From: Mantamonas sphyraenae STR306
Taxonomy: Eukaryota; Protista; CRuMs
Direction of reading: 5' to 3'
Length of the DNA stretch: 64,000 nt
Assembly: GCA_026936335.1 (NCBI GenBank)
Contig: JAPMXV010000021.1
Location: 186,512 to 250,511 of the forward strand
Made by a program: the position numbers and the translations under genes. The notes under the pieces are model-generated. The model did no database searches. It was given only the letters and a program-made list of their open reading frames with translations, and had not been told where the DNA came from. How positions within the stretch are numbered: position 1 is the stretch's first letter; the number at the start of each line of letters is the position of its first letter. Shown one piece after another: positions 24,752 to 35,697 of this stretch.

Positions 24752-26143
24752 CCACCCAAGTTGTCTTGGTTCCACATGAACTCGGGACGCACGTTGATGT
24801 TGCCCATGTTGCTGGTCAGCACCGAGTCCTGCAGCTGCGTCATGAAACCCAGGCTGTCGTCATTCAGCATGTGGCTACGCAGCGAACTTTCCATGTCCAA
24901 GCCCAGCATGCTCACTTGGTGCATCGAGTCACTGCGCCAGTCCCTCACTGCGTCCTGTAGAGTCGTCGCACGGTTGCGTGCCAGCGTCGCCTGCGGCACG
25001 AGTGTCGCCTGGAACTCGCTGTCTGTTTCGATGTCTGGGTGCTCCATCAGAAAGTTCATCGTCTCCTGCAGCTTGCCGTCGAAATTGTCGAGCACCTTGA
25101 GCACCGTCACCTCCTGCAGGTCGGGCAAGATGCTCTTCACCGCCACGTACGACTCTCGAGGCACACGTGCCCTCAGCTCCTCCGCCAACTCCTCCAACGG
25201 ATCTTTTTCCTTGCCCGTCACCTTTCCTTTGTCCTTGTCTGCCTTGTCGCTTCCCTCCTCGCCTTCCGCGGTGTCCGATTCCTCCACAGCCACCTCAGCC
25301 ACTTCGTCCGTCTCTTCCGTTTCCGCCTGCACGGGTTCCGGAGGAGGCGGAGGCGCAAGGACCGCACGAAAGGCGCTTTCATCCACCACATTCTTACAGT
25401 CCTTGTTGTAGCACGTCGTAAAGATGCATCGCGGGCCCTCGTTGATCTTTTCTTCCAGATAGCCCTGCCAGCACTCACGGCACAACCTGTGGCCACAGCC
25501 AGTCAGCTTAAAGGTCTCGTCGTACGTGACGTCGTCCAGGCATACGGGGCACTCAAACTCTTCGTCCTCATCGTGCACAGACTCTTCATCGTCATCTTTG
25601 GCCGGTTCCAGCGCGATCCCCGCTGCTTTGCACGTTTCCTCCTGGTCGCCGTAGAACCCGTCGTACAGGTGCTCCTTGACCCACCTGTGCACCACACACT
25701 GTGTCAGTCGTCTCTACACACGCCCTCTCACCCTCGCACTCGGTACGATCCACCCGCCTCGCTCAGCCGTGCAACACCGACCAGCCGTCGCCGCAAACGC
25801 AGAGGGAATTTGGCGTGGGAACTCACTGAAAGTGGCGTAGCAAGATAGCTGCCTGGGCCACAGACAGGCCTAGCACCTCGGACACTTCTTCCACCATTGC
25901 CCGTTGCTGCTCCACAAGATCTTCGGGTGTGAGCACTTGGTACGAGTCGCCCCCGGGGTTCAGAACCGTGTCCAGGTCGGCGTCGGCCAGTCGAACCGCT
26001 TCGTCCTCTTCGTCTGCACGAAGCACGGCTCCGCGCAGAACCTCTGCTTCTTCTTCCTCTGCATCGTCTCCTTCATACAGCGTCTCGTCAAACACAGAGT
26101 CTTCGCCGGCCTCCAGGTCGTCGTCGTACTCCAGATCGGACAT
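23659..26143 (-). CDS. Ariadne-family RBR E3 ubiquitin ligase with CUE-like insertion and C-terminal CaaX
   Basis: Acidic N-terminus, ILLRHF|W UBA-like region, RING1 CPVC..CGH..CREC, IBR WCPAPGC..CQC..FCFSC..H, RING2 KCPKC..IQKNEGCNHMTC..C..FCWVC, Ariadne domain; ends KKCVIQ. Confidence 0.93.
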
Positions 26144-26204
26144 TTCGTGCGCGTTTTGCTTGGGTGGCGCCGAGATTGCCAAGGAATTCCGCTCGTTGCT
26201 GGTG

Positions 26205-28606
26205 ATGGACAAGTTCAATCCCAAGGATTTCAAGAACTTGTCGTTCACCCACCCAAAGCCCGTCAAGGAGGGCTTTGTTTCCAAAAATTCGGCTGGTCTG
26301 GGCGCCTCCAAGAGCCGCTATTTTGTCGCTCTCCGCGACGGCAATCTCTACTCGTTCCGGGCCAAGGAGGAACTCAACCCCACGGGCTTCATCCCGCTGG
26401 GCGAGTGCCGTCTCTCAATCCACTTTAAGGAACACCACCAGGGCATGCACTGCTTTGTGCTGTCCCGCTCCCACCACAAGAGCTACAGCGTCTACTGCGA
26501 CTCTGAAGCCGAGTTGCGCAGCTGGCTTATCGCTCTCGCGTCTCTCGGCGCCAATGTGAGTTGACCCAGCGGTGTACAGTCGGTGCTTCACATCCACAGC
26601 CAACCATGTGTGCATGGAACGCGTTCTCGTTGCTTCTAAACGTCTGCCCGCCCCAAACGTTCGCCGTCTCACGTTCTGTTGACACACTGGAAACGCCTCG
26701 CAGTTCATCCCGCTCAGTTTGGGAGCCCTTTCGTACCCGGACAAGCACGGCTATCTTCAAAAGACCGGAGGCTTCAAGAAACAGAAGAACCAGAAGCGCT
26801 GGATGATCCTCAAGGACGCCAATTTGTTCTACTTTCTGGACAAGGACGTGAGTTTGTCTTTGCAGCACAATTTTGCTTGCCAGCCCTCTGCCGCACCCGC
26901 AACCGAGGCCCACGCCCGCACGGTCTGCGTGCAAACGTGCATGCGCACTTCAGTGTACATGGTTACATGTGTGCGGGCTTTCCCGTATGGGCTGTGTGCC
27001 CAAGAAGGGCTGCAGGACGCAGCTGCGGCGAGAGAGGGATCTCACCGATCAGGGCAATACCTCCGCGCGGCGCACACTCTCTTCTGACACCCGCCACACG
27101 CACAATCTCTCTCTGGGCCCTTTCGTGGACACACAGGATGTCGTGCCCAGGGGCTACCTTCCCTTGAGTGAATCCTACATCTACGTGCCGAAGGACAAGA
27201 AGAAAAAGTTCTGCTTCACCGTCAGCACAGAGAAGAAGGCGTACTTCCTGTACGCATCCAGTTCTCAGGAGATGCAAGAGTGGATGGATGCCATCAACAC
27301 GTGCATTGCAAAGTACGAGAACCAGCCGCAGGGCAGCGTGGAGGAACAGGTCGACGCCTGCCTGCCACGCGACGAAGAAGACGTACGTCCCACGCAACAC
27401 ACACACACACCCTGTCTCTCTCGTTCCACCCTTTCCCGCAGCCACGCACATAGACTCACATATCACCATACACATTTCGCAGACGGTGCAAATTGCCAAG
27501 GAACATGCACAGGAAAGCCAGCGCAAGCAAAGCAGCTCCAGGTCAGCACGTCTGCGCAGGGGCACTGTGCTGGAAAAGACGTCGTCACTGCTGCACCTTC
27601 TCAAAGCCGACGACAGCCCGCGGCTTGGAGGGCGCCAGCGCGCCAGCACGGTATCACGCCGGGCCAGCCAACTGACCGCGGGTGACTCGGAGACAGACCT
27701 CAACGACTTTCAAACCATGCGCATCTTTGTTTCCTGGGCGCTTCGTTCCATCCTTTCCAGCACGTCGGAGCTGCCCGAAGTGCAGGAGGAGGAGCTCAAG
27801 GAGGCTGTCCACCCCGTGCTGGAAAACTTGAAGAACAAGGAGGACCGCTCGCTGGCGTACGACATGGAGGAGGAACTCAGCGACACCAACAACGCAGACC
27901 AGTATGTGCTTCCGTTCAAACTGGCTGTCGACACGCAGGTGCCGCAGCTCGTCGAGACCGCCTTGGATGGCCTGCAGAAACTCACCATCAAAGGATTCCT
28001 GCGCGGCCAGGGACGCATGCCAGGCACCTCAAACGGGGACACCAGCACTGTCATCGACCATGTCATCGACTCCATCAGCAGTTGCATCGTCATGGAGGAT
28101 GAGAATGTGCAGAAACTCATTGTCACGTGCCTTGCCTCGGCAATCGTCACTCCCAGCTGCAAAGTCCACGGCAAGTCTCTCCTGCTGGCCATGCAGTCCA
28201 TACAGGCATTGTGTCTGCGTGGCATCACCCAAGAGGTTGTCGAACTGGCCGAGGAAGCTCTCATGCTCGTCGTCGAGGCGCAATTCAACCAACTCGGGCC
28301 CCTCATGGGTCGCCTCAGCGTGGACGAGCTGCTCGACCTCAATCCTGACCAGTTGCTGCGTCTGGAAACCGAGGCCGACCGCGTCATGATTGCTCGACGT
28401 GAGAGCAACCTCAACGAATCTGGGGCCAAGGCTGCTCTCGACGCCATGGACCAGGAGCAAAGCCAAGAGTCGGACAAAGGTTCGGGTGGCCAAAACGAGG
28501 ACGAGGAGGACGAGGAGCAAGAGGAACAGGATGATGAGCACGATGAGGAGCAGGTTGAGCAGGAGGCCTCCCTTCGCGCAGAAGGTCAAGAGACGACGAC
28601 GCCCGG

Positions 28607-28649
<43 letters not shown>

Positions 28650-31600
28650 GCAGAGTCAAGGGAAAGTCCCACCAAGCGAAACAGCACGTCCTCCGACTCG
28701 ACGCACAATTCCAGCGACGAAGCGGTGGTGGACTTTGCGGAGGACGACTTTGAAAGCGTGCCGTCGATGAAGATCACACCAGCCAAGGGACCCGTGCTGC
28801 GCCAACGCTCGGCAAGCACGCTGAGTCTGCTCAATCTCAAGTCGGACGCGCAGGAAGGCCGCCGGCTTAGCCGCAACGTGTCCTTGAAAGACCTCAATCT
28901 TCTGCAGCAGGCCGTGAAGCAGCACCACGCCGAGTCGCCTGTAAAGACGGGTGCCGGGTCGCGCACAGGCGAGAAGGGTGGGCCTGGTGGTGAAGGCAGG
29001 GAAGCAGACTCGGACGACACAAGCGAAGCAGACACGTCTTCCGACAAGGAAGAAGCTCAACAGTCGGGCGCAGGGTACTTGCACGTGCTCAGCTGGTCAG
29101 ACATTGTCAAAGTGGGCAGCAACGATGTGGAGCGCGACTGTCTGCTCGTCCTGCAGTACATGGTGGACAAGGCGGCACAGCCCGTGCCGCGCGACAGCTC
29201 GGTTGAATCGCGCAAGGCTGGACGCAAGCTGCGTCAGATCAACCTCAAGTGCCTGGAACACCTGTTCAACTGGTGCTCCGCGGACATGCAGGCATCGGCA
29301 GCCCTGTGTGCGTACGTCAAGCGCGACGTCGTGCTCATGCTCCTGCACAACTGTGTCGGCTGCTCCGCACACGTGTTTGCTGCCACCATGGCTGTGTTTA
29401 ACGCCATGTCCCGCAACATGGCTACGCTCATGAAGCCGGAAATCGGGGTGTTTTACGAAAGCGTATTTCTGCGCATCCTCAACAGCAGCAAAACCTCGCG
29501 CCTGGACAAAATGCACGTGCTCAACAGCCTCACCACACTCGCCGAGGACGGCCAACAGCTCATTGACATGTTCCTCAACTACGACTGTGACATCGATTCC
29601 CTTGATCTGTTTGCCGGATTTGTTACAGCCCTCAGCAAGAACGCAGTGGGCGAAGTCGGCTCGCCCGAGGCTGGAAGCACGCTCCTGGAAGGGCAGCTCA
29701 GTGAAGGGGAGGAGACCACACAGACATCTGCCTCGTCAGGCGACACAGCTGGCGCGTCGTCCTCCTCCTCGTCTTCAACACAGGCTGCCAACCGCAGCAG
29801 CGGCACCCCGCAGCAAACCGACGACTATCACGACACTGCAAAGCATGCCATGCGCGCTCTGGTACGCACCCTGCAGTCTCTTGTCGAATGGGTCGAGGAG
29901 AAGCAGTTGGAAGAGAACGGGTACGAGTCCGACTCGGCCAGCGACACAGGCTCTGTGTACACCACCGACGACGACGACGATGACGATCGCATGGCGTCCA
30001 TCGACGACGAAGAACTGGATGATTCTGACGACGAAGCCGACGACGATATCCCACCCCCGCCGCCGGAAGAGGACGAGACTGCTCAAGCCGACAGCATCGA
30101 TGCATTCTCCACCGCAGATGGCGAGGAGTCGTCCAAAGCAGCAAATGACAACAGCGAGGGAAACAACAAAGAGAGCAATGCCGATGAACACAATGAGGGC
30201 AAGAGTGAGGGCACGGGCAAATCTCGCAAGAAGCGACAGCACAGCGGACTGAAAGCAATGTCGAGGCGGTCATTGAGCATGAACAAACGAGTACGCAGCA
30301 GGCTGGACAAGGACGTGGGCTCGTTGGACAAGCTGGCCAAGTTGAAGGAAGCCAAACTGACCATCGAAAAGGCGGTGAAGAAGTTCAACACGAAGCCCAA
30401 GGTGGGTGTACAGCTTCTGGTGGACGAAGGGATCATCGACATGCAGTCTGAAGACGTGGCGCTGTTCCTCACCACCGCCAAGGGCCTGAACAAGGACATG
30501 GTGGGCGAATATTTGGGAGACCACCACGAGTTTAACATCGACGTCCTGCATGACTACGTGGACATGATGAACTTCCAGAACATGTCTCTGGACGAGGCAA
30601 TCCGTGCGTTTGTACGTGGTTTCCGATTGCCGGGTGAGGCGCAAAAGATCGATCGCATCATGGAAACGTTCGCCGAGCGGTACCACGAGGACAACCCGGG
30701 CGAGTTTAGCAGTGAGGAGACAGCGTATGTGCTTGCGTTTTCCATCATCATGCTCAACACAGACCTGCACAATCCGCAGGTGAAGAACAAGATGACACTG
30801 GAGCAGTTCATTCGCAACAACCGAGGAATCGACGACGGCAAGGATCTGCCACCCGAACTGCTCTCGGAGATCTACCAGAGCATTAAGGAGAACGAGATTG
30901 TGATGAAGGACAAGGAAAAGAGCGAGGCGGAGGGCGGAGAGACGACCACGGCGACGTCTCAGGGGACGACAAGCACGACAAGCACCGCCACGAGCGCAAA
31001 CACGAGCGCGGGCACGGGCACGGGCGCAGGCGCGAGTGCGGACGCCACAACCACGGGATTGGGTGCGAGTCAAGGACACGCGGGAGCGACCGGGATGGCA
31101 CGCAAGCAGTTGACGATGATCCAGGCAGAACAGGCCAACATCTTGCGGCAAACAACAGACATGCTGCAGAACACACGCCAGATCCCTTCCGAGTTTTATA
31201 CAGGGAAGCAGGTAAAGGTTGTGCGTAGTATCTTTGAACAGTGCTGGAGTGCCACGCTTCTGGCTGTGACCGGATACGGATCGGTGGAGAACGCAGAGCA
31301 GATGACGCTTCGGCTGGAAGTGTTCAAGTACGCCACCATCATTTCGTCGACTTTTTTCATGACGGACGAGCTCAATGTGTTCCTGAATGCGCTGGCCAAG
31401 TTTGTGTACGAACAGAACCAGCGAAGCGTGGGAGACGCCGAGGATGAGGAGCGCAAGAAGCTGAGTGCGCTGATCAGCGGGGCCCACATGGACCAGGCAT
31501 GGGTGGAAGAGTTGTTGGCAGAGACACAGGGAGGCAACGTGGAGTACCAGGCACTGGATAGGGTGCGCAAGCGCGTGGTCAAGGTGATCAACGAGGTCAA

Positions 31601-32294
31601 CCAGAGCATGCTCAACAGGGAAAACTACAACAAGCTGTTTGATGTACAGAACCAATTTGTGGCAGACAAGGAGATCCGCAACCTGATCGAGGCACACAGG
31701 CAGTATGTGCGGGACGGTCCGCTGCTCAAGGTGTGCCGCAAGGGGACGAAGCCGAGGCACTTTTTCCTGTTCAACGACGCACTGATGTACGCAGAGGAGA
31801 TCCCGTCGCTGAGCACGCAAAAGTACGTTTTCCATCGCCTTCTGATGCTGGTAGACACGCGTGTGGTGGACATTGCAGACAAGGGCAACCGTGTGAACGC
31901 GTTTCAAATTGTGAACCCGGAGAAGAGCTTCACAGTGATTGCAGCGAACGTGGAAGAGAAGCAAGAATGGCTGCAGAGCATCACAGAGCATGTGGAAATG
32001 GCACAGAAGGAGCAAAGGCGCCGTAGCAGCACGGGGACGGGTTTGGGCAACGCAGCAGGATGGGAAGCGCCCGTGTGGGTGCCAGACGACGACACGACGT
32101 CGTGCATGCTGTGCCACAGCAACTTTACTTTTATTCGACGACGCCACCACTGCCGCAAGTGTGGCCGATGTGTGTGCGGCACGTGCAGCGCAAAGCGCAT
32201 CCGACTGCCCAACGAGAAGAAGAAGGCACGCGTATGCCTCACCTGCTACTATGACAACACCCAAGGGAAAAGCAAGGGCAAGGACAAGGCGTGA
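26205..32294 (+). CDS. Large Sec7-domain ArfGEF with architecture PH-PH-DCB-HUS-Sec7-PH-FYVE (3 introns)
   Basis: Two N-terminal PH domains (KEGFVSK...LRSWL; KHGYLQK...EMQEWM), DCB (LVETALDGLQKL), HUS box (MFLNYDCD), Sec7 FRLPGEAQKIDRIMETF, PH, FYVE (WVPD, RRHHCRKCG, RVCLTC). Introns ~26556-26703, ~26848-27136 and ~27383-27482. Confidence 0.88.
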
Positions 32295-32345
32295 GGGAGG
32301 ATGTGGTGTGGAATGACACCCAAGGAATGAAGAGCGGACTGACTT

Positions 32346-33380
32346 TCATTTCGACCGCGCGTTGCCAGCGACGCCGCTGCTGCTGCTGCTGCTGCTGCTG
32401 CTACTGCCTGACTGTGAGCCATGTGGTTGGAGGAAACGGAGGCAGGCATGATGCCAGGTGTCATCGAGCGATTGGGAGGCGACGAGGGGAGCGACGTTGA
32501 AACCGTCGCGCTGGACGCCTACTTCGGGCTGGGTGTCGAGGAGGAGGACAGCATTGCGACCTATCCGAGCATCGTGAGCGGCCTCGATGTCGCCTGCAAT
32601 GCGCCAGACATGCCAGTGATGGCCCTTGGCCATAAACTGGTGCTGAACGCCGCAGCCGCAGCCTCCGTGGCGATCGGACGAGTCGAGTTCGCAAAGGGTG
32701 GTGTGGTTTGCAGGCTGTGCGTTGGCCCAGAAGAATTGGTTGAGGTAGTGAGGGTCAATGTGGTGCTTGAGAATGTCTGTGAGGTGCTGTTGAACGGTTT
32801 CCCCGTCAGGCAGCGGATCGTCGTGCTGTGAAACGACGCCAACAAATGGCGCGGGTGTCCGCGATTTGGGCGGGTGCGGGTAGAGGGACAGGTCTGCATC
32901 GAGGAGGCGATGGATGAGCTGGCCGAGAGCTGGCAGGAGAGACTGTACAGGAGCGTGCTGGCCAAGGTCGATGAGGGCATCGAGGTTGAGGAGCACAAGG
33001 GAGAAGTGTGTGGGTTGTGGAAGGTGGTCGTCCCATGCTGGCGTTACAAGGACCTCGCGAGGCACAGAGCTGTTGCGGACGTTGTAACGCGAGTCACGAA
33101 GGAGTTTGGTGCTATCGGAAGCGACATTGCGGCGTCGGATGGTGTGTGTGTGCGTGGCTGCTGCTGTGGAGGAAGTGGAGCCGAGCCCAAGTCCCGGAGC
33201 TCGCTGAGGGGGCTGAGAACGCATCCAGAGGGCAGCCAAGGCGGCAGCAAGAAGGACAAGGATGACGATTACGGGTAGAATGACACCGACGACGTGCTCT
33301 GAGTCGAGCATGGTCGGTGGTGGGATGGATGTAGTGCACGCAAGGGAGCGCCGCGCGACGGTGCCCAGCATAGGCGACAT
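32346..33380 (-). CDS. Hypothetical single-pass membrane protein with possible degenerate HAD-like domain
   Basis: TM VVGVILPVIVILVLLAAALAALW; LVLLNLDALI, VGVVS and VLLLDT resemble HAD motifs I, II and IV. The start may be 33311. Confidence 0.55.
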   Translation of the reverse strand: MSPMLGTVARRSLACTTSIPPPTMLDSEHVVGVILPVIVILVLLAAALAALWMRSQPPQRAPGLGLGSTSSTAAATHTHTIRRRNVASDSTKLLRDSRYNVRNSSVPREVLVTPAWDDHLPQPTHFSLVLLNLDALIDLGQHAPVQSLLPALGQLIHRLLDADLSLYPHPPKSRTPAPFVGVVSQHDDPLPDGETVQQHLTDILKHHIDPHYLNQFFWANAQPANHTTLCELDSSDRHGGCGCGVQHQFMAKGHHWHVWRIAGDIEAAHDARIGRNAVLLLDTQPEVGVQRDGFNVAPLVASQSLDDTWHHACLRFLQPHGSQSGSSSSSSSSSSGVAGNARSK

Positions 33381-33407
33381 TGTCGAGACGGAATTTGATC
33401 ACGCACA

Positions 33408-35668
33408 ATGTCCATCCAAAATCCCAAGATTCAGGCGTTGAGAGCGGAGGGCGGAACACCAGCGGCTCTGGGTGGTGCCAAGGGCAACGAAAAGACGCCG
33501 TTGATTCGCCGCGACTCTGTGGCCCATCTGGGAGAGATTGAAGGGAGTGAGGCTGAAGGGTTTGGAGAAAAGACTATCGGGTTCTTTGGAGGCTTCTCGC
33601 TGACGGTGGGTGCAGCGGATGGGATGGAGAGAGAAAGCAACGGGAGTGAGCGACGGCCACATGCGCGTGTACTGACAGCGTGGAGAGGATGGGCGTCCGG
33701 GTGTGCACCGGCTGTATGCATGTGCTGATATCTGATGTGTTGGGCGTGGGGCCATGTGTGCGTGTGTCGATTAGGCCAAGTAAGTGTGGTACAGGCGGAG
33801 AAAGACACAAACGGTAAGAGGGGTTGGCACTGACACACGTATGGCACGTTGCGGACATTGTATGCTCGTGTTGACCTTTTCTGTGATGGGCTGTGTTGAC
33901 AGCAACGTGAGCGGGCCTGGCTGTGTGGCTATTCCGGTTCTGGTACGTGTGTGAGCGAGGCCAGAGAGAACTGCTGCTGCTGCTGCTGCTGCTGGGATTT
34001 CAAACTAACGCGTGCCCCGTTTGCGACACACAGTTCCAGCAGGCTGGCTGGTTGACACCCACAATTGCTCTGATTATGTTTACGGTGATCGGCACGTTTG
34101 CTGGCACGATGTTGATTGAGGCCATGGCGCGAGTGCCAGGTAACCAGAGCTTTGATGTAGGTTCTCTTCGCGGACTTGGGACAACGCTGAGGAGCCCTGC
34201 TGACACGGACGACTGCGCGGCGCATACAACGCCATGGCAACCACAACCACGGTCGCACACACACACATGCACGCTCACACACCTGCAGAAACGTATTGAG
34301 CTGACGTCTGTGGCTCACTACTTCCTGCCGCACTGGGGCTACCATCTGACGCAGTTTCTGATGGTGTTTTCGCTGCAGTCTGTGAACATCTCGTCGATCA
34401 TTGTTTCTGCACAGACCATGGACCTGACGCTGATTGCCATCTTTGGCAAGACGTGCGGCCTGGAGCTGTACCCCGAGTTTCGTGGCGTGTGCCCGGATGC
34501 GCCGGGCAAGGACATCTCGCCCTTTGGACCTGTGTTTGTCATTTCGCTTGGCTTCCTCGTGGTCATGGTCCTCATTCTGCCCTTTGGCTACTTCAACCTG
34601 GACGACTCGATCATCCTGCAGAGTGTGTCGTTTGTGGTCCTGTGCACCATCCTCACCATCTGGACCGTCGATTTCTGCCTGTCGGGCCTGCACTTTGACC
34701 GCGTGCCCATGATTGGCGATTCACAGTACTCGGTGCTAGGGACGATTATGTTCAATTACGCGTTTGTGACCTCTGTACCATCGTGGGTGAACGAAAAGGT
34801 AAGCTGAGAGGAACCGAGCGTCAGCAGGGGCAGCCAGGGAGAAGTGCAGGGCGCTCAGGGGTGTGTGTGTAAACGTGTGACCACTGACACAGTAAGAGGG
34901 GGGGTTGTGCAGAAACCGGAGGTCAGCATCCAGAAGACGATGTGGGGTGGCGTGACGCTGTCGACGGGCATGTTCCTTGTGATGGGCTTTTTTGGCGGCT
35001 GGGCGCTGACTTTTACGGGCAACCAGGACATGCTGGACGGAGTGGCCAGTGCGCACGGCCCGCTGCGTTTGGCGTCGCAGGTGTCTGTGTATGTGTTCCC
35101 TGCGGTGGTTCTGCTTTCGTCCATCCCTGTGTTTTCGATCATTGTGCGCTACAACCTGATCGAGAACAAGATTTGCAACAAGTTCTGGGCCAACATGTTT
35201 GCCAATGTGTTTCCGTGGGTTGTGTCTGTGCCCTTTTACACGGGGTCAGGCCTGACAGAGATCATCAACTGGAGCTCGCTGTTTGTCAACGGCGTGGTCA
35301 ACTTTATCATCCCGCTGTGGATCTACATCGAGTCTCGCAAGGCTGTGGATGCACAACGCAACGTGAGCCTTGCCGACAGTGAGTTTTGGGGTCAGAGGGC
35401 GCGGGAGACAAAGGGTAGCGACAAGGCAGCCTCTGACACACAGACACCACACGCCATTCCATCCACAGTGTCCACTGCGGCGTCTGAAAAGCCAAGCGTG
35501 GAGGAGGAGGTCGATTTCGAGGCCATCCCGCAGAACATGCAGGAAGCGTTGCCGTGGCTCGACGGCCAGACTATGGCGTCGGTTTTCATGTGGCTGCTGA
35601 TTGTGCTGACTGTGGTTGTGATCATCATCGACGTGGTGATGACAGCTCTGGGCCACAATGTGGTGTGA
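33408..35668 (+). CDS. Amino acid transporter (AAAP/Aa_trans family), multi-exon including a 5-nt micro-exon
   Basis: The spliced N-terminus reads KTIGFFGGFSLT-ANNVSGPGCVAIPVL-FQQAGW; also MIEAMARVPGN, GTIMFNYAFVTSVPSWVNEK, SIPVFSIIVRYNL and multiple TM helices. Confidence 0.88.
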
Positions 35669-35697
35669 AGGATAGGAAATGCATTTGCGATTTGAGC

